DNA of 64,000 bases from Nageia nagi. Its lineage: Eukaryota; Plantae; Pinophyta. Positions within the stretch are counted from its first letter, which is position 1. Each line of letters begins with the position of its first letter. Under the pieces are notes generated by a model. It made no database searches and was not told the DNA's origin. It saw nothing but the letters and a program-made list of their open reading frames with translations. The position numbers and the translations under genes were made by a program. Location: assembly GCA_050084985.1 (NCBI GenBank), contig JBITNC010000002.1, positions 3,782,001-3,846,000 of the forward strand. The letters run 5' to 3'. Positions 1 through 11,652 of this stretch are shown one piece after another.

Positions 1-89
1 TTAATACATATAACAGTAAATACAAATAGGAGCAAAGAGATATAACACAACAAGAATGCTCCCCCTGAGAATGTGCATCCAATCACTAG

Positions 90-2937
90 TCAATGCTTAG
101 GAAGTGTGATCACTCCTAATTTCTCATGTAGGTACATAAAGATGTCTTTGGGTAGCGGTTTGGTGAAGATATCAACCACCTGCTCTATGGTTGGAACATA
201 TTCCAACTTAACTTCTCCTTTTGCAACTTTTTCTTTTAGAAAGTGATATCTTATCGCTATGTGCTTTCTCCTACAGTGCATCACAAGATTTTTTGAAATA
301 TTGATTGCACTAGTATTGTCACACCTGAGTGTAGTGGGATCACTAACCTGAATCTCCAAATCCTTTAGCATTTGTTTCATCCATAGGACCTGTGTGCAAC
401 ATGATGTGGCTACCATATACTCTATCTCTGTGGTGGATAATGACATTGAATCTTATTTCTTGCTATGCCAACTCACAAGATTATCTCCCAAGAGAAATGC
501 ACCTCCACTGGTACTCTTCCTATCATCTACACATCCTGCCCAATCTGCATCAGAATATGCAACCAAGGTGAAATATTCTCCTTTGGGATACCAAAGTCCA
601 TACTCCATGGTACCTTGCAGGTATCTAAAAATCCTCTTTACTACTGACACATGTGTGGCCTTTGGTGCTGCTTGATATCGTGCCACCAAATATACTACTT
701 GCAAAATATCTGATCTAGTAGCTGTAAGATACAAAAGACTACCAATCATAGATCGATATTGAGTTTGATCAACTGATGGTGCTTGATCATCCTTACTCAA
801 TTTACAACCTATCATCATGGGAGTGCTCACAGGTTTGTAATCCTCCATTTTGAACTTCTTCAACATCTCTTTAACATACTTATTTTGCGAAATAAAAATG
901 CCATTCTTCATTTGATTAACTTGCAAACCAAGAAAAAATGAAAGCTCACCTATCATAGACATCTCAAATTTTATTTGCATTCTATCTGCAAATTCCTTAC
1001 ACATCTCATCTCTACTACCCCTAAAAATGATATCATCCACATAAACAACAACAACTAATTGAGTCTCTTTTTCAGTTCTTATGTAGAGATTATTGTCAAC
1101 CATACCTTTCCTAAAGCCTTGTTGTATGAGATACGTATCAAACCTAGAATACCAAGCTCGAGGTGCCTGTTTAAGTCCATACAAAGCTTTATGCAACTTG
1201 CAAACTAGATCTAGATTTGATCCCAGCTGAAAACCATCTGGTTGCTCAATGTAGACTTCTTCTTCAAGTTTACCATTTAAAAATGCTGATTTTACATCCA
1301 TTTGGTATACCTTGAAGTTTTTGTACACTGCAAGTGCCAAAAATATTCTGGTTGCCTCCATTCTTGCCATTGGTGAAAAGTCTCCTCAAAATCAATACCT
1401 TCAACTTGTGCATAGCCTTTACACACTAATTATGTTTTATTTCTGACAACCTTACCATCTTCATTTAACTTGTTCCTAAAGACCCATTTGGTGCTGATCA
1501 CGTTCTTGTTCTTTGGTCTTGGAACTAGCTCCCAAGTTTTATTCTTTTCAATTTGATCAAGTTCTTCATTCATGGCCTTGATCCAACCTTCATCTTTACT
1601 TTCTTCAACAACACACTTTGGTTCAATACTGGATAGGAGAGAGTATTCCAGAGTTAATCTCTTCCTTGTTTGAACCCCTGCACTTACATCACCAATAACT
1701 TGCTCCTTTGGATGATCTTTCTTCTAGTTGTAGCTCGGTGTGTGTCTGCATTCTTCTATCTTTGAATCACTCATAGAGCCATCATTATGAGTGTTGCTCA
1801 TAGCTATGCTCTTATTTCTAGGTGTCACACAGGTAATCGTGGAACCATTTCCACCACTACTGCTTGAATTATTGCTTTGTACTGGAACTACTGGATTACT
1901 TTGACTTGCCCCTGAATTGTCTTCATAGATTGGGTAGTTCTCATCATCATCATCATTTGGTGTGGTCATATTCTCATCAAATTTAACATCTACACTCTCA
2001 ACAATCTTTCTCAACCTCTTATTGTAGCACTTGTAAGCTTTGCTATGAATAGAGTAACCAAGAAAAACTCCTTCATCAACCCTATCTTCAAATTTGTCAA
2101 GTCCTTCCTCGGTATTCTTTATGTAGCATTTGCTACCAAACACTCTGAAATGTTTTGCAATAGCCCTTTTTCCAAACCATAGCTCATATGGTGTCTTGTT
2201 CTCATGTCTTCGTAGCATACACCTATTCTGAATGTATATAGCTGTGTGCACTGCTTCCTTCCAATACCTATCTGCTACTCTACTTTCGATCAACATGGTT
2301 CATGCCATCTCTTGCACGGTTCTGTTCTTCCTCTCAAGAACTCCATTTTGTTGAGGGGTTCGTGTTGCTAAAAATTGTCTCCTAATGCCATGCTATTCCC
2401 TTTCTGACATGAATTGCAGATGCTATTTTGCGGTTTGCTAATTTTAGGAATGTCTCTTACTACATCCTTTGAACTAATCTTTACAAGATTATCAAAGCTG
2501 ATGTGACCAAGTCTTTGATGCCATAGCCAATTCTCTTCAACTTGTCCCATCATACATATTCTATCCGTATCATTCTCAAGTGTGTATAGATTTCTAGATG
2601 TTCTTGATCCAATTGCAACTATTCTGCCATTCTTTGCTTTTTGAACCTCGCATCCCTATTTCTTGAAAATTACTTCATGCCCTCTATCATAGATCTGACT
2701 TACACTGAGTAAGTTATGTTTCAGCCCTTCCACATACAACACATCCTCAGATCGTATCTTATTGTCATTGATACTCACTATGCCTCTGCCAACAATCTGA
2801 GCTCCATCATTATTACCAAACTTTACAGATCCTCCATCATAGTCCTGAATTTTAGTGAATTTATGTTTGTCACCTGTCATGTGACTTGAGCACCCACTAT
2901 CCAAGATCCATGGTGTTGGTTTCTTTTGAGCTTTCAA
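90..2937 (-). pseudogene. copia pol (protease, integrase with internal deletion, RT, RNase H), disrupted
   Basis: WILDSGCSSHMTG (protease), LWHQRLGH...CNSCQKG (IN zinc finger), TPQQNGVLERKNRT, YQMDVKSAFLNG, LYGLKQAPRAWY, VYVDDIIF (RT), YSDADWAG and CDNTSAI...KHIAIRYHFLKE (RNase H). Several stops and frameshifts. Confidence 0.95.
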
Positions 2938-2939
2938 TG

Positions 2940-5056
2940 CTATCTACACAATCAAAGATGTTGTTTCCTCTTCTTTGAGAGCTTCTCTTTCTTTCCATAT
3001 ATGTTTTGGTACTATATTGGGCTTCTCTTTATCATTTATCTTCTGAACTTCAAGTTCTCCTTTTTTCAGTACTTCTCTGTTCTATCGTGTTTCAGGCTAC
3101 TGAAATGTTTGTACCTAAAAATGATTAGCACCATAGCCACTTCTACAATTTCTGGCTATATGTCCATAGTTATGACAGTTGTAGCATTCAATTTCATATT
3201 CCATCAATGGTGCAAATGCATTCCTACTAGCAAAATTTCTTGGTCCTACATTATATTTGCATTCAGCTATTTTGTGACCAAAACCATTGCATTTAAAATA
3301 GTAACCATAAAAGAAATAATTGAACCTAGGCTGTGGGTTTTGTCATGATGTTTGAGGTGTGGAAAACCTCCTTCTCCTTTGATGTGGCACATAAGTGAAA
3401 TCTTCATCATGATTGTACCTTTCATTTCTTGGCACATCAATTTGTTTTATGTATTGAGCTCTACCTCCATCCACTGGTTTTCTTTTCTCAGCTCTTGAAG
3501 TGTTTGGTGTAGCTTCCTTTACTTTTGCCTTTGGTACTTGTGGTGTTTCTGCCTTTTTGAATCCAAGCCCAAACTTAATGTGTGGAACTTTGTTCTGATC
3601 TAATTTTGGGGCTTTCGATGTCTCACCTTCTGTGAATCCAAGATCGAACTTGATGTTTGGAATCCTCTGATTATCTATCAACTCATTCAACTTTACCGTT
3701 CCTCTTTCAAGTTTGTGATATGTTTTGATTTTCTCATTTTTCTCTTCTAATTCATAATTTAGCGTTGCTAGCATGGCTTCCAACTCACTACAATACTCAA
3801 CTTTGACATAGAGTTGAGCTTCAAGATCTTCAATGATTTTGCAACACTCCTCTACTCGAACTTTTAGATCTACCACCATTTTCTCTGCTTGCATTAGCTT
3901 CTTCGATGTTTTCTTGTGGCTTTTTCTTTCTGAATGTACTTTCTTTTAAAGCTACTACTAGCTCTGCTTCTAGATCAACTATGCCTTCACCTTCTTCTTG
4001 ATTTTCTTCTTCACTTACCTCAAGGTCGAGTTTTCACTCATTTTCTTCTATTACCATAAAGAGTGCTTCTTCTGCTTCTAATTCTGATTTAGTTTTAGAA
4101 CTACCATCTGATGAACTTGAATGTTTTGAGATGAAACTTTTTCTTCTATAATTATTTCCTTTATACTGTGATTTCTTCTTACAATCACACTTTTCTCTAT
4201 GGGAGTCCTTTTCTTCCTTATTTTTATCACCATATGGGCATTTTATTGCAAAATGTCCAATGCCTTCACAATTGAAGCATTTTAAAGGTAATTTACCTTT
4301 GTACTTCCATCTACTACCTTTCTTCAGCTTTCTGACAAAATTTACTGCTAATGCATCTGAATCTTCATTACTGCTTGATTCACATTGTGTCTTTGATTTT
4401 TATCTAGATTTGAATGCTGCTTCTTTATCTGATGGCTTCTCTTTTGCTATTCTCATCTCATAAGCTATTAATGACCCATGAAGTTCATCCATTGAAAAAG
4501 TATTCATATCCTTGGCTTCTTCAATAGCAGAAACTTTAGAATTATACTTGTCAAGAAGAGAACGTAATACCTTTTTCATAATGATGGAGTCTTCTATCTT
4601 CTCTCCAAGACCCTGTATGGCATTTACTATCTCACTCACCCTATGCATGTACTCCTCAATTGATTTGTCTCCATTCATCTTGAGTCCTTCAAACTTTGCT
4701 CTGTGAGTTTGAAGCTTGGCCTCTTTTATTTTCACATCACCTTCGTGGATGCTCTTCAATTTATCCCAAATTTCCTTGGCTGATGTGCATGTCATAACCT
4801 TAGTCATTTTGCTATCCACTAATCCGCACATTAAAGCATTTTGTGCTTTGGAGTCATTTTGGAATTCCTTCTTTTCCTCTGAAGTTGTTAATGCCGTTGT
4901 AGGTGGGGTGTAACCATTTGCCACTGCTGTCCATACATCATATCCAAGAGACTTCAAATAAATTTGCATCCTCACTTTCCAATACTGATAATTTGTTCCA
5001 TTGAACAACGGTGCTCTGTTTGATGCGAATCCTTCACTATTGCTATTGCTTGCCAT
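2940..5056 (-). pseudogene. copia gag with extended coiled-coil region and three CCHC knuckles, disrupted
   Basis: ORF 4400..5056 (PLFNGTNYQYWKVRM...SAKEIWDKL...LHGSLIAYEM). Knuckles are KCFNCEGIGHFAIKC (~4237..4281), YFKCNGFGHKIAEC (~3259..3300, first Cys mutated) and ECYNCHNYGHIARNC (~3145..3189). Coiled-coil ORF 3343..3894 contains KFGLGF-type motifs. Confidence 0.9.
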
Positions 5057-5105
5057 AATGTCACTTCCAAAATCTCCCTAGCTGATTTAGCCGATATAGG
5101 AACCT

Positions 5106-5117
5106 GCTCTGATACTA
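5106..5117 (-). other. primer-binding site (tRNA-iMet) of element A
   Basis: Minus strand reads CA-AT-TAGTATCAGAGC, one mismatch to the canonical TGGTATCAGAGC. Confidence 0.85.
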
Positions 5118-5119
5118 AT

Positions 5120-6968
5120 TGTTGAACTATGGGTGACACTAAGAGGGGGGGGGGGGTGAATCAGTGTATTTTAAAATTTTACTTATTTAATGCAAGCAAG
5201 TAAAACTCATCCACACAAATAGCAAACCATAACACAGAATTTATAGTGGAAACCCAATGCGGGAAAAACCACTCTCCAAAATGACTGCTTGGACTCCCAT
5301 CCAAATCCAGTTAGAAATCAATGCCCAATTTTACAGCACCAACTGAAGAACCAACACCAACTGACTTGACTCTGCAGCACCTACTGTAAGGAACACCTAT
5401 CCCCAAATTTACCAGCACCAACTGGATGGAGACACCAATCCCCTAGAGCCAAGGACCAACTCGACTCAACAAAGATAACAAAAATATTTTTGGGATGACT
5501 CCATAAGACTCTGATATTCTAGCTCAATTCAATCTACTGATTCTAACTCTGTAACTCCAACTTTGCACATCAATATACCAAAAGAACCAACTTAAAAAAA
5601 TACCAATTAACTCCACATTCAGATACCCATTAAGCTCCTCTTCCAAACTTCTAAGCTCAACCATCAAATCTTAAGAGATATGCTCAGTAATGCCTCTACA
5701 CTCAAATCCGGTAGAATAGAAAACATTACAATTTTTTTTTTACAATGCTCAATAATACAAATTGTAACCTGCATTTCTTTGCTAACTAGTCCATATGTAT
5801 GCTCTTACACAACATAATCCATGACTCCTCCTTTTCTCCTTGTCACAAATGCCTTCTTATGTAAAATTGAAAAAAAACCTTCACATACCCACCAAGAACA
5901 TTCAATACACTCTTTTTCACTCTAATATTCCCTAATAAACTTTCCAACCACTTTTTATTTTAACTATAAGCATTCTACATGATTTTTTTTTTTTGGTTGT
6001 GAATGGGAGTTACAACTTGGTTTGCCCATTCATGAAGTGCCACATCATAAATAAGACAAAACAACCTTTTTTCAAACACTTGCCATTCCAGCTCATGCAT
6101 ATTGTCAAACACTTCCCAATCCAAAACTGGAAAAAATAGAAAAATAGGCTAAATTAGCATTTTGCAGTTGCTGTAACTTTTGTACCATTCCACGAAAAAG
6201 ACTGCATCTTGAAGGAAAAATGTTCACAGTTATACCAACTATCATCATGTTAAATTTCACCATCTATCTCTTCTTTTACTAATTTCTATACCTCCAACAA
6301 AGTGGCCTTCGACGTTGTTTTTACAAACATTTTGTCAAACACTTGACATCCAAAGTTTGTGCACATTCAAGCTTCTCATACTTAGAGGCATTTTTGGAAA
6401 AATATCAATAGGACAAAATTGTTTCTTTTACATCCCTAAAGGTGTGAGATTCGACAGAATTCAAATTCAATCAATAAAAATCTCAATTTTGCATTTTTCT
6501 TGCTGATTTTGGACTTAAAAAGACAACTGTCAAAAATTGGAAAAAGTGAAAAATTAGCTTTTTGCAACTTCCACCATTTCTTCCTCAAGAATCCGTTTAA
6601 TCTAAAGTAAAAATATTTTGGTTCTTCATACATCAGACTACAACTAAAAAATTATTTGAAGTTATAAATCCTCATAGATTTATATATATACCTTCTACAA
6701 AATGCCATCTGATGCAGATTTTACAACTGTCAAACTATATGCAAAAATTCCCAACTAAGCTCCAACAAAGCAACTGAGTGGTCCAAACTCTGAACTAACA
6801 CCACCACTTCATTTCTTAATGTCAAGAAATGCTCCAAACTCTTTTTTGAACTTTCTAACATAATCTAATAGGAGCGCACCAAGCAAACACTGATCTAAGG
6901 TGGAATGTACCAAGTCCAAGTGAGTATGTTGACAACAATGATAACACAACTGAACCTCACAAATAACA
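5120..6968 (-). repeat. 5' LTR of element A (1849 bp)
   Basis: Begins TGTTATT (6968) and ends GTTCAACA (5120). Family-B pol resumes at 6969. Internal repeated motifs include CAGCACCAACTG-like units at ~5335..5430. Confidence 0.8.
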
Positions 6969-7457
6969 CTCTTTGGATTCTTGGATTTTGACTATGGGGG
7001 AGATAAATATGATAGGAAGTCAACCTCTACATATTCGTTTAGCATTAGTTTAAGTGCTATCTCTTATGCTTCCAAAAAGTAGTCTACTGTTTCTCTTTCT
7101 ATCATAGAATTCGAATATCGTGCCATGTTTGTGGCAACCTAGGAAGCCATTTGGCTAAGGAATCTTCTGAAACAAATTAGGTATGAGCAAGGTGGCTCAT
7201 CTTTGATTTCTTCAAATAATCAATCAACTATTTCTTTAGCTAAGAATCTTGTATTCCACTAGAGAATAAAACATGTGGAAATCCATTCCCATTTTATCAG
7301 GAAGAATGTTCTTGATGGCATCATACACCTGGAGTATTGTCCATCCATCTTGAACTCTGCTGATCTGTTCATCAAACCCCTCCTAGAAGCTCAGTTTTGT
7401 AATCTTAAGGATGTTATTGAGTTGATGAAGTTGCCCTCAAGGGGGAGTGAAGTTTGA
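6969..7457 (+). pseudogene. copia RNase H remnant
   Basis: DRKSTS, EYRAM, EAIWLRNLL, NQSTISLAKNLVFH, KHVEIHSHFIR, with in-frame stops. Confidence 0.9.
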
Positions 7458-7607
7458 ATTCTTATGTTGAATTCATGTTTATGATGACAACTTCACCCCT
7501 AGGAGGATTTTGTGCTGTATAGTGTTGATTATGTTGTACACCTTCATGGTAAGTTCGCTCTACATGAGCAACTTATTGTACAAATTAGCCAATCTAGCAT
7601 TGTTTAG

Positions 7608-7801
7608 TTATCCATGTGTGAGGAACTCTTATGTGTCTTTTGGCATGTTTAGTTATCCATATGTGAGAAACTCATATATGCATACTCTATTTTTGGTTAA
7701 TCTAGCACTATTTAGTAATCCACATGTGAGAAACTCTTATGTGTCTTTTGGCATTGTTCAGTTATCCATATGTGAGGAACTTGTATGTGCATGCTCTATT
7801 T
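7608..7801 (+). repeat. 4-unit A/B tandem array (46/~63 bp) in family-B 3' internal region
   Basis: Units start TTATCCATRTGTGAGGAACTC, order A-B-A-B'. Confidence 0.85.
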
Positions 7802-8264
7802 TCTAATGATAATCAACACATGTTTTATATACAACAAGTGACTATAAGTTTTTTAGCATGACATCTTCGTGATGACTTATAGTGCACCATTGATCAATTC
7901 ATGATGGCATTTGTGTGATTCATCTATCCTTGTTGATATGAATATAATGCAACTAACTAATCTTATTATTTGAGCTGCTTATGACTTGCAGGTTCCTTTG
8001 AGATTGCAAGTTACTTACCTCAGGTATGCAGGCTCTTGGAGACTCTTCATGACTTCCAATTGGGTGACTACTTCATATACATTAAAATTGGTTGTGGTTA
8101 ATGATTGTATTTAGCAAAGTAGTGAGTCTCAAACTAGATCTTTCTTACTTCACAAATATGCAAAAAGTTCTCATCTCCATTGTATCTATTTGGAGGAGAA
8201 CTCTCTTACTTTCTCTTCTTCTTCTCTCTTACTCACTTTATCCCAATATTGCATTAAGGGGGAG

Positions 8265-8762
8265 TGTTGAAATGTATAATGCATTATTGTAAAGGTTTTT
8301 ATTAAATCTTCTATGTAAGTTCACTAATACTTAAGGGTATCATTTGATACCTTAAGTATTTAAGTGAATATGATAATGTAACTTGTCTTACACTCCATGT
8401 CATGAGCATGCCCCTTGGGTAAAAGGATGTGCATGTCATGCTTTTGTACATTGGATAAAAGGGTGATATAAAAAGAAATTTTGGCCTATAAATAGAAGGC
8501 TCCCTCTTTGTGATCATACACCAAATTGTGGAGCAAAGTTATGCTATAGGATAGTGGTTAGGAGAAAAGAGTAGCAGAATTGTAAAAGTGCATATTTGTT
8601 AAGAAGAGAGATCTAGTTAGTGGATGTACTCCTAGTTGGAGGAACCACTTACATATTGTGTTATCTTTGTGAGATTGCTTTGTGTGATAGTTAGATGTGA
8701 ATTGAAAGCTTTCATATGATCTTGGTTATTTAGGAATGATCTTGTTAGTGTTAGTTCCTTCA
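8265..8762 (+). repeat. 3' LTR of family-B copy 1 (498 bp)
   Basis: TGTTGAAATG...GTTCCTTCA, TATAAATAG box, homologous to the LTRs at 49846 and 58283. Confidence 0.9.
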
Positions 8763-9636
8763 TTATTATGGTGTGTTGTAGGTCTATTCGATCATACATA
8801 ACCCAATGTTTAGTCAAATAATATTTTTCTAGTTTATTTAAAAAGTATAGGTCAACCATCTAGAGATGTGAGTGATCCCTTTTCCTCAAATAATTCTAAA
8901 TAATAGTTTTAGTCATTTGATCATCATGAGGAGTTGTATTTGCATATTTATATTTCGAGGTTGCCCTTTCAAAGTGACAAAACTCTCCATTATCATATTC
9001 TATAATTCTTTATCTTTTCACACATGGTTATGGATGTGGTCTATTGTAAATTATTGCTTATTAATTAAAGGAGGTTCATTGCACTAACAAATATAAGAGT
9101 TATAAGTGGAATTAAGGTAACATACTAAGACATAAAATGAGATAAAATAAAAAACATCATAATGAAAAAAAGTGAATGATGGTAGATAGAAATAAGGGGT
9201 TAAAAAAAAAGAGAAATATAAATCATTACAACATTTTCGATAATCGTCAAGATATTTACTATCTAAGGTAAGAGACATAAAATAGAAGCAAATATGATAT
9301 AAGAAGTTGATAGATGATTAGTGCTAGAATAAGGCACATCCTAAGTTGAGATAGAATTTGTTGAATCTATAATAAAGTGAGAACAAGTAAAACATAATAA
9401 TAATAATAATAATAAAAACTTATTCAATAATAAACTTATTCAAAAATTAAAAATAAAATTGATTGAGAAATGAAAGTATTATTATTAACTAAAGCATAAT
9501 AAGTTAAATTTCCTTATTAAGTACAAAATATCTTATAACCTTGGATGTTGCAATATAATTCTTGTTCTTCTAAAATATAAAAATTAATCTACTCATTATC
9601 CTTATCATTATGAAAAGCTTTTCATTTTTAATATAA

Positions 9637-10371
9637 GGGAAATCTACAAAAATAGCCTTCATAAATTTAGAAATTACAAAAATGACCCTAAAAAATAGTA
9701 AATTACAAAAGTGGCCTTGTTCACCCAATCATGAAATTTTTGATGGGTATCTTTCCCACTTTCTCCGCACAAGAAGGATAAATAACCTCTACATTACCCA
9801 CTTCGTACACCATGACTGCACTTTGTAAAGAGGGTCATCTTAATGAGGCTATACATGTGTTGCAAAATGTTCATGACATTGGAGACTCCTCCACATATGT
9901 CTATCACTTACAATGCTCATCTAGAAGAAAATATTACACTAAAAAAATGATTACAAGACATGTACAAAATAGACTTCTTAAGGAAGTTGAAAATTTATTT
10001 ATGAAAATGCAGCACATGAATATTATGCATTCAACTAATTGCCATTGAGATTGAGAGCAAGGATCTTGGTGTAAAGCTTTCTTTACAAACTATAAGTGAT
10101 AGACATACACACAAGAGTCTACAATATCATAAACATTTTGCACATATGCACAACCTCATTGAGACAACACTCTTTACAAAGTGCAACCTAGGTGTGGAGT
10201 GGACAATGTAAAGGTGGTTTATTTTTCATGTGGGAAGAAAGTGTGAGAGACACCTAATAAATGATTTGAATGTAGTCAAAGATGATACAAAGCTATATTT
10301 GTAATTAAGAAGTTTTGAGAGCCATTTTTATAATTTCTTAATTTGTGAAGGTTACTCTTGAAAATGTCCTC
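9637..10371. mobile_element. Pack-MULE (Mutator-like, non-autonomous) carrying PPR gene fragments
   Basis: ~175-bp imperfect TIRs (9637..~9810 and ~10191..10371, G-initiated). Perfect 9-bp TSD TTAATATAA at 9628..9636 and 10372..10380. Confidence 0.85.
9812..10048 (+). pseudogene. captured pentatricopeptide repeat (PPR, PLS-like) gene fragments
   Basis: TALCKEGHLNEAIHVL...DSSTYVYHLQ resembles the N-terminal PLS-PPR motif (LCKEGRLKEAL...DSSTYxxLLQ). MITRHVQNRLLKEVENLFMKMQ resembles MIxGYAQNGxxxEAxxLFxxMQ. Confidence 0.75.
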
Positions 10372-10385
10372 TTAATATAATTAAA

Positions 10386-11447
10386 GGAAACTTGTCAAAA
10401 TACCCTTACAAGTTCATGAAATTAAGGAAATACTCTTCAACCTTTGGAAATTACAAAAATACTCTTTAATCTTTAGAAATTACATAAATACTCTTCAATC
10501 TTTAAAAATTACAAAAATACTCCTATAAGTTCATGAAATTACGGAAATACCATTCGAAAATTACAAACATACCCTTGAAAGTTTTCAAAATTTCAGGAAT
10601 ACCCCTACTTTCTTTTAAAAATAATTTAGTTATTATAATTTTTTAAAAAAATTTAGTTATTAATTTTTTGTAAGTTTATTATAAAATTTTTAGTTATTTT
10701 AAAATTTTATAATAAATTTTTATGTTATTATAAATTTTAAGTTATTATAAATTTTTTAGTTATTATAATTTTTTAAATTATTATTAAATTTTTAGTTATT
10801 ATAAAATTTTAAGTTATTTTGAAAAATAAAAGTAAAGGTATTTATGTAATTTTGAAAACTTTTGAAGGTATGTCAACTCATGTTTGGGGAGTTGAGAGAA
10901 AGTGAGTGTGAAAATTCTAAATGTTAAAAGAGAGACCCACATTCAAAACTCTCCTCTAAAGTCCAATTGAAGGTTTCCTATTGTTGAAGTGGATAACATT
11001 AGGTACAACTCCTGGATGACTTTGATGGAAGAGAACTCCTTCGACATGAAATTTAAGTTCAACGTATAAATAAACAAATATGGACTACCAAAAAAAAGTA
11101 TTTATGTAATTTTCTAAGATTAAAAAATATTTTTATAATTTTATGAACTTATAAAAGTATTTTAGTAACTTTCATAAATTAAAAGATATTTTTGTAATTT
11201 TATGAAAAATAATCAAATCATGTGAGGGGAGTTGGAGAGCAAGTGGTGTTTAAACCTCTCGAATAGGAAAAAAGAGATGCTACATTCAAAACTCTCCCTC
11301 TTCACATACATGTTAATATGCTAATTCCAAAATATAAATCCTAAAAGATGAATTACCATCAAATTTGTTTTATGAAACATATTTTCATAAATTTTTTGAA
11401 AATTATTTTCTTAATTTCATGAACTTATAGTATTTCAATAATTTTCC
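10386..11447. mobile_element. foldback/MULE-like non-autonomous element with modular ~22-bp subrepeat TIRs
   Basis: Left arm GGAAACTTGTCAAAATACCCTTACAAGTTCATGAAATTAAGG... has reverse-complement matches at ~10820..10873, 11097..11205 and 11405..11447. Near-TSD ATAATTAAA / AAAATTAAA. AT-rich tandem core at 10620..10820. Confidence 0.7.
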
Positions 11448-11533
11448 AAAAATTAAACAGTACTGCTTCGCCTGCCACTGCCATGTAGAATTTGGAAAAA
11501 AACAGTGAACCTACTGAACTCAAACATGCTTTA

Positions 11534-11652
11534 ATGGATGCCGTGCAGACGAAAAGAAGATGCGTGGCAAACAATGTTTCAACCGAACTTATCGCACGAA
11601 TCTTTTCGCAGCTCGATTGTATGGACCTCATGAATTGCTCTCTTGTCTCCAA
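11534..11652 (+). CDS. exon 1 of small F-box-only protein (join 11534..11652,14607..14751; 87 aa)
   Basis: MDAVQTKRRCVANNVSTELIARIFSQLDCMDLMNCSLVSK fits the F-box consensus (ELIxxIFSxLxxxDLxxxSLVSK). Phase-2 GT donor at 11653. CpG retained. Confidence 0.85.

Larger units (their letters stand above)
1..6968 (-). mobile_element. Ty1/copia LTR retrotransposon, Sirevirus (SIRE/Maximus)-like, 3' end outside window (element A)
   Basis: Minus-strand order is gag-protease-integrase-RT-RNaseH. tRNA-iMet PBS at 5106..5117. 1849-bp 5' LTR with TGTT...AACA termini. C-rich ATTCACCCCCCCCCCCCTCT motif just inside the LTR 3' end, extended coiled-coil gag, and AGGGGGAG after pol are all Sirevirus hallmarks. 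Confidence 0.9.
6969..8762 (+). mobile_element. Ty1/copia family-B copy 1: 3' part (RNase H, 3' internal region, PPT, 3' LTR), interrupted by element A
   Basis: Colinear with 56486..58773. RNase H ends ...LPSRGSEV* at 7457. PPT TAAGGGGGAG at 8255..8264. Confidence 0.9.

Noticed and set aside
394-4913. Plus-strand ORFs over element A and the many 60-100-aa AT-rich ORFs elsewhere
   Set aside because: Antisense shadows of gag-pol or chance low-complexity ORFs with no recognisable motifs.
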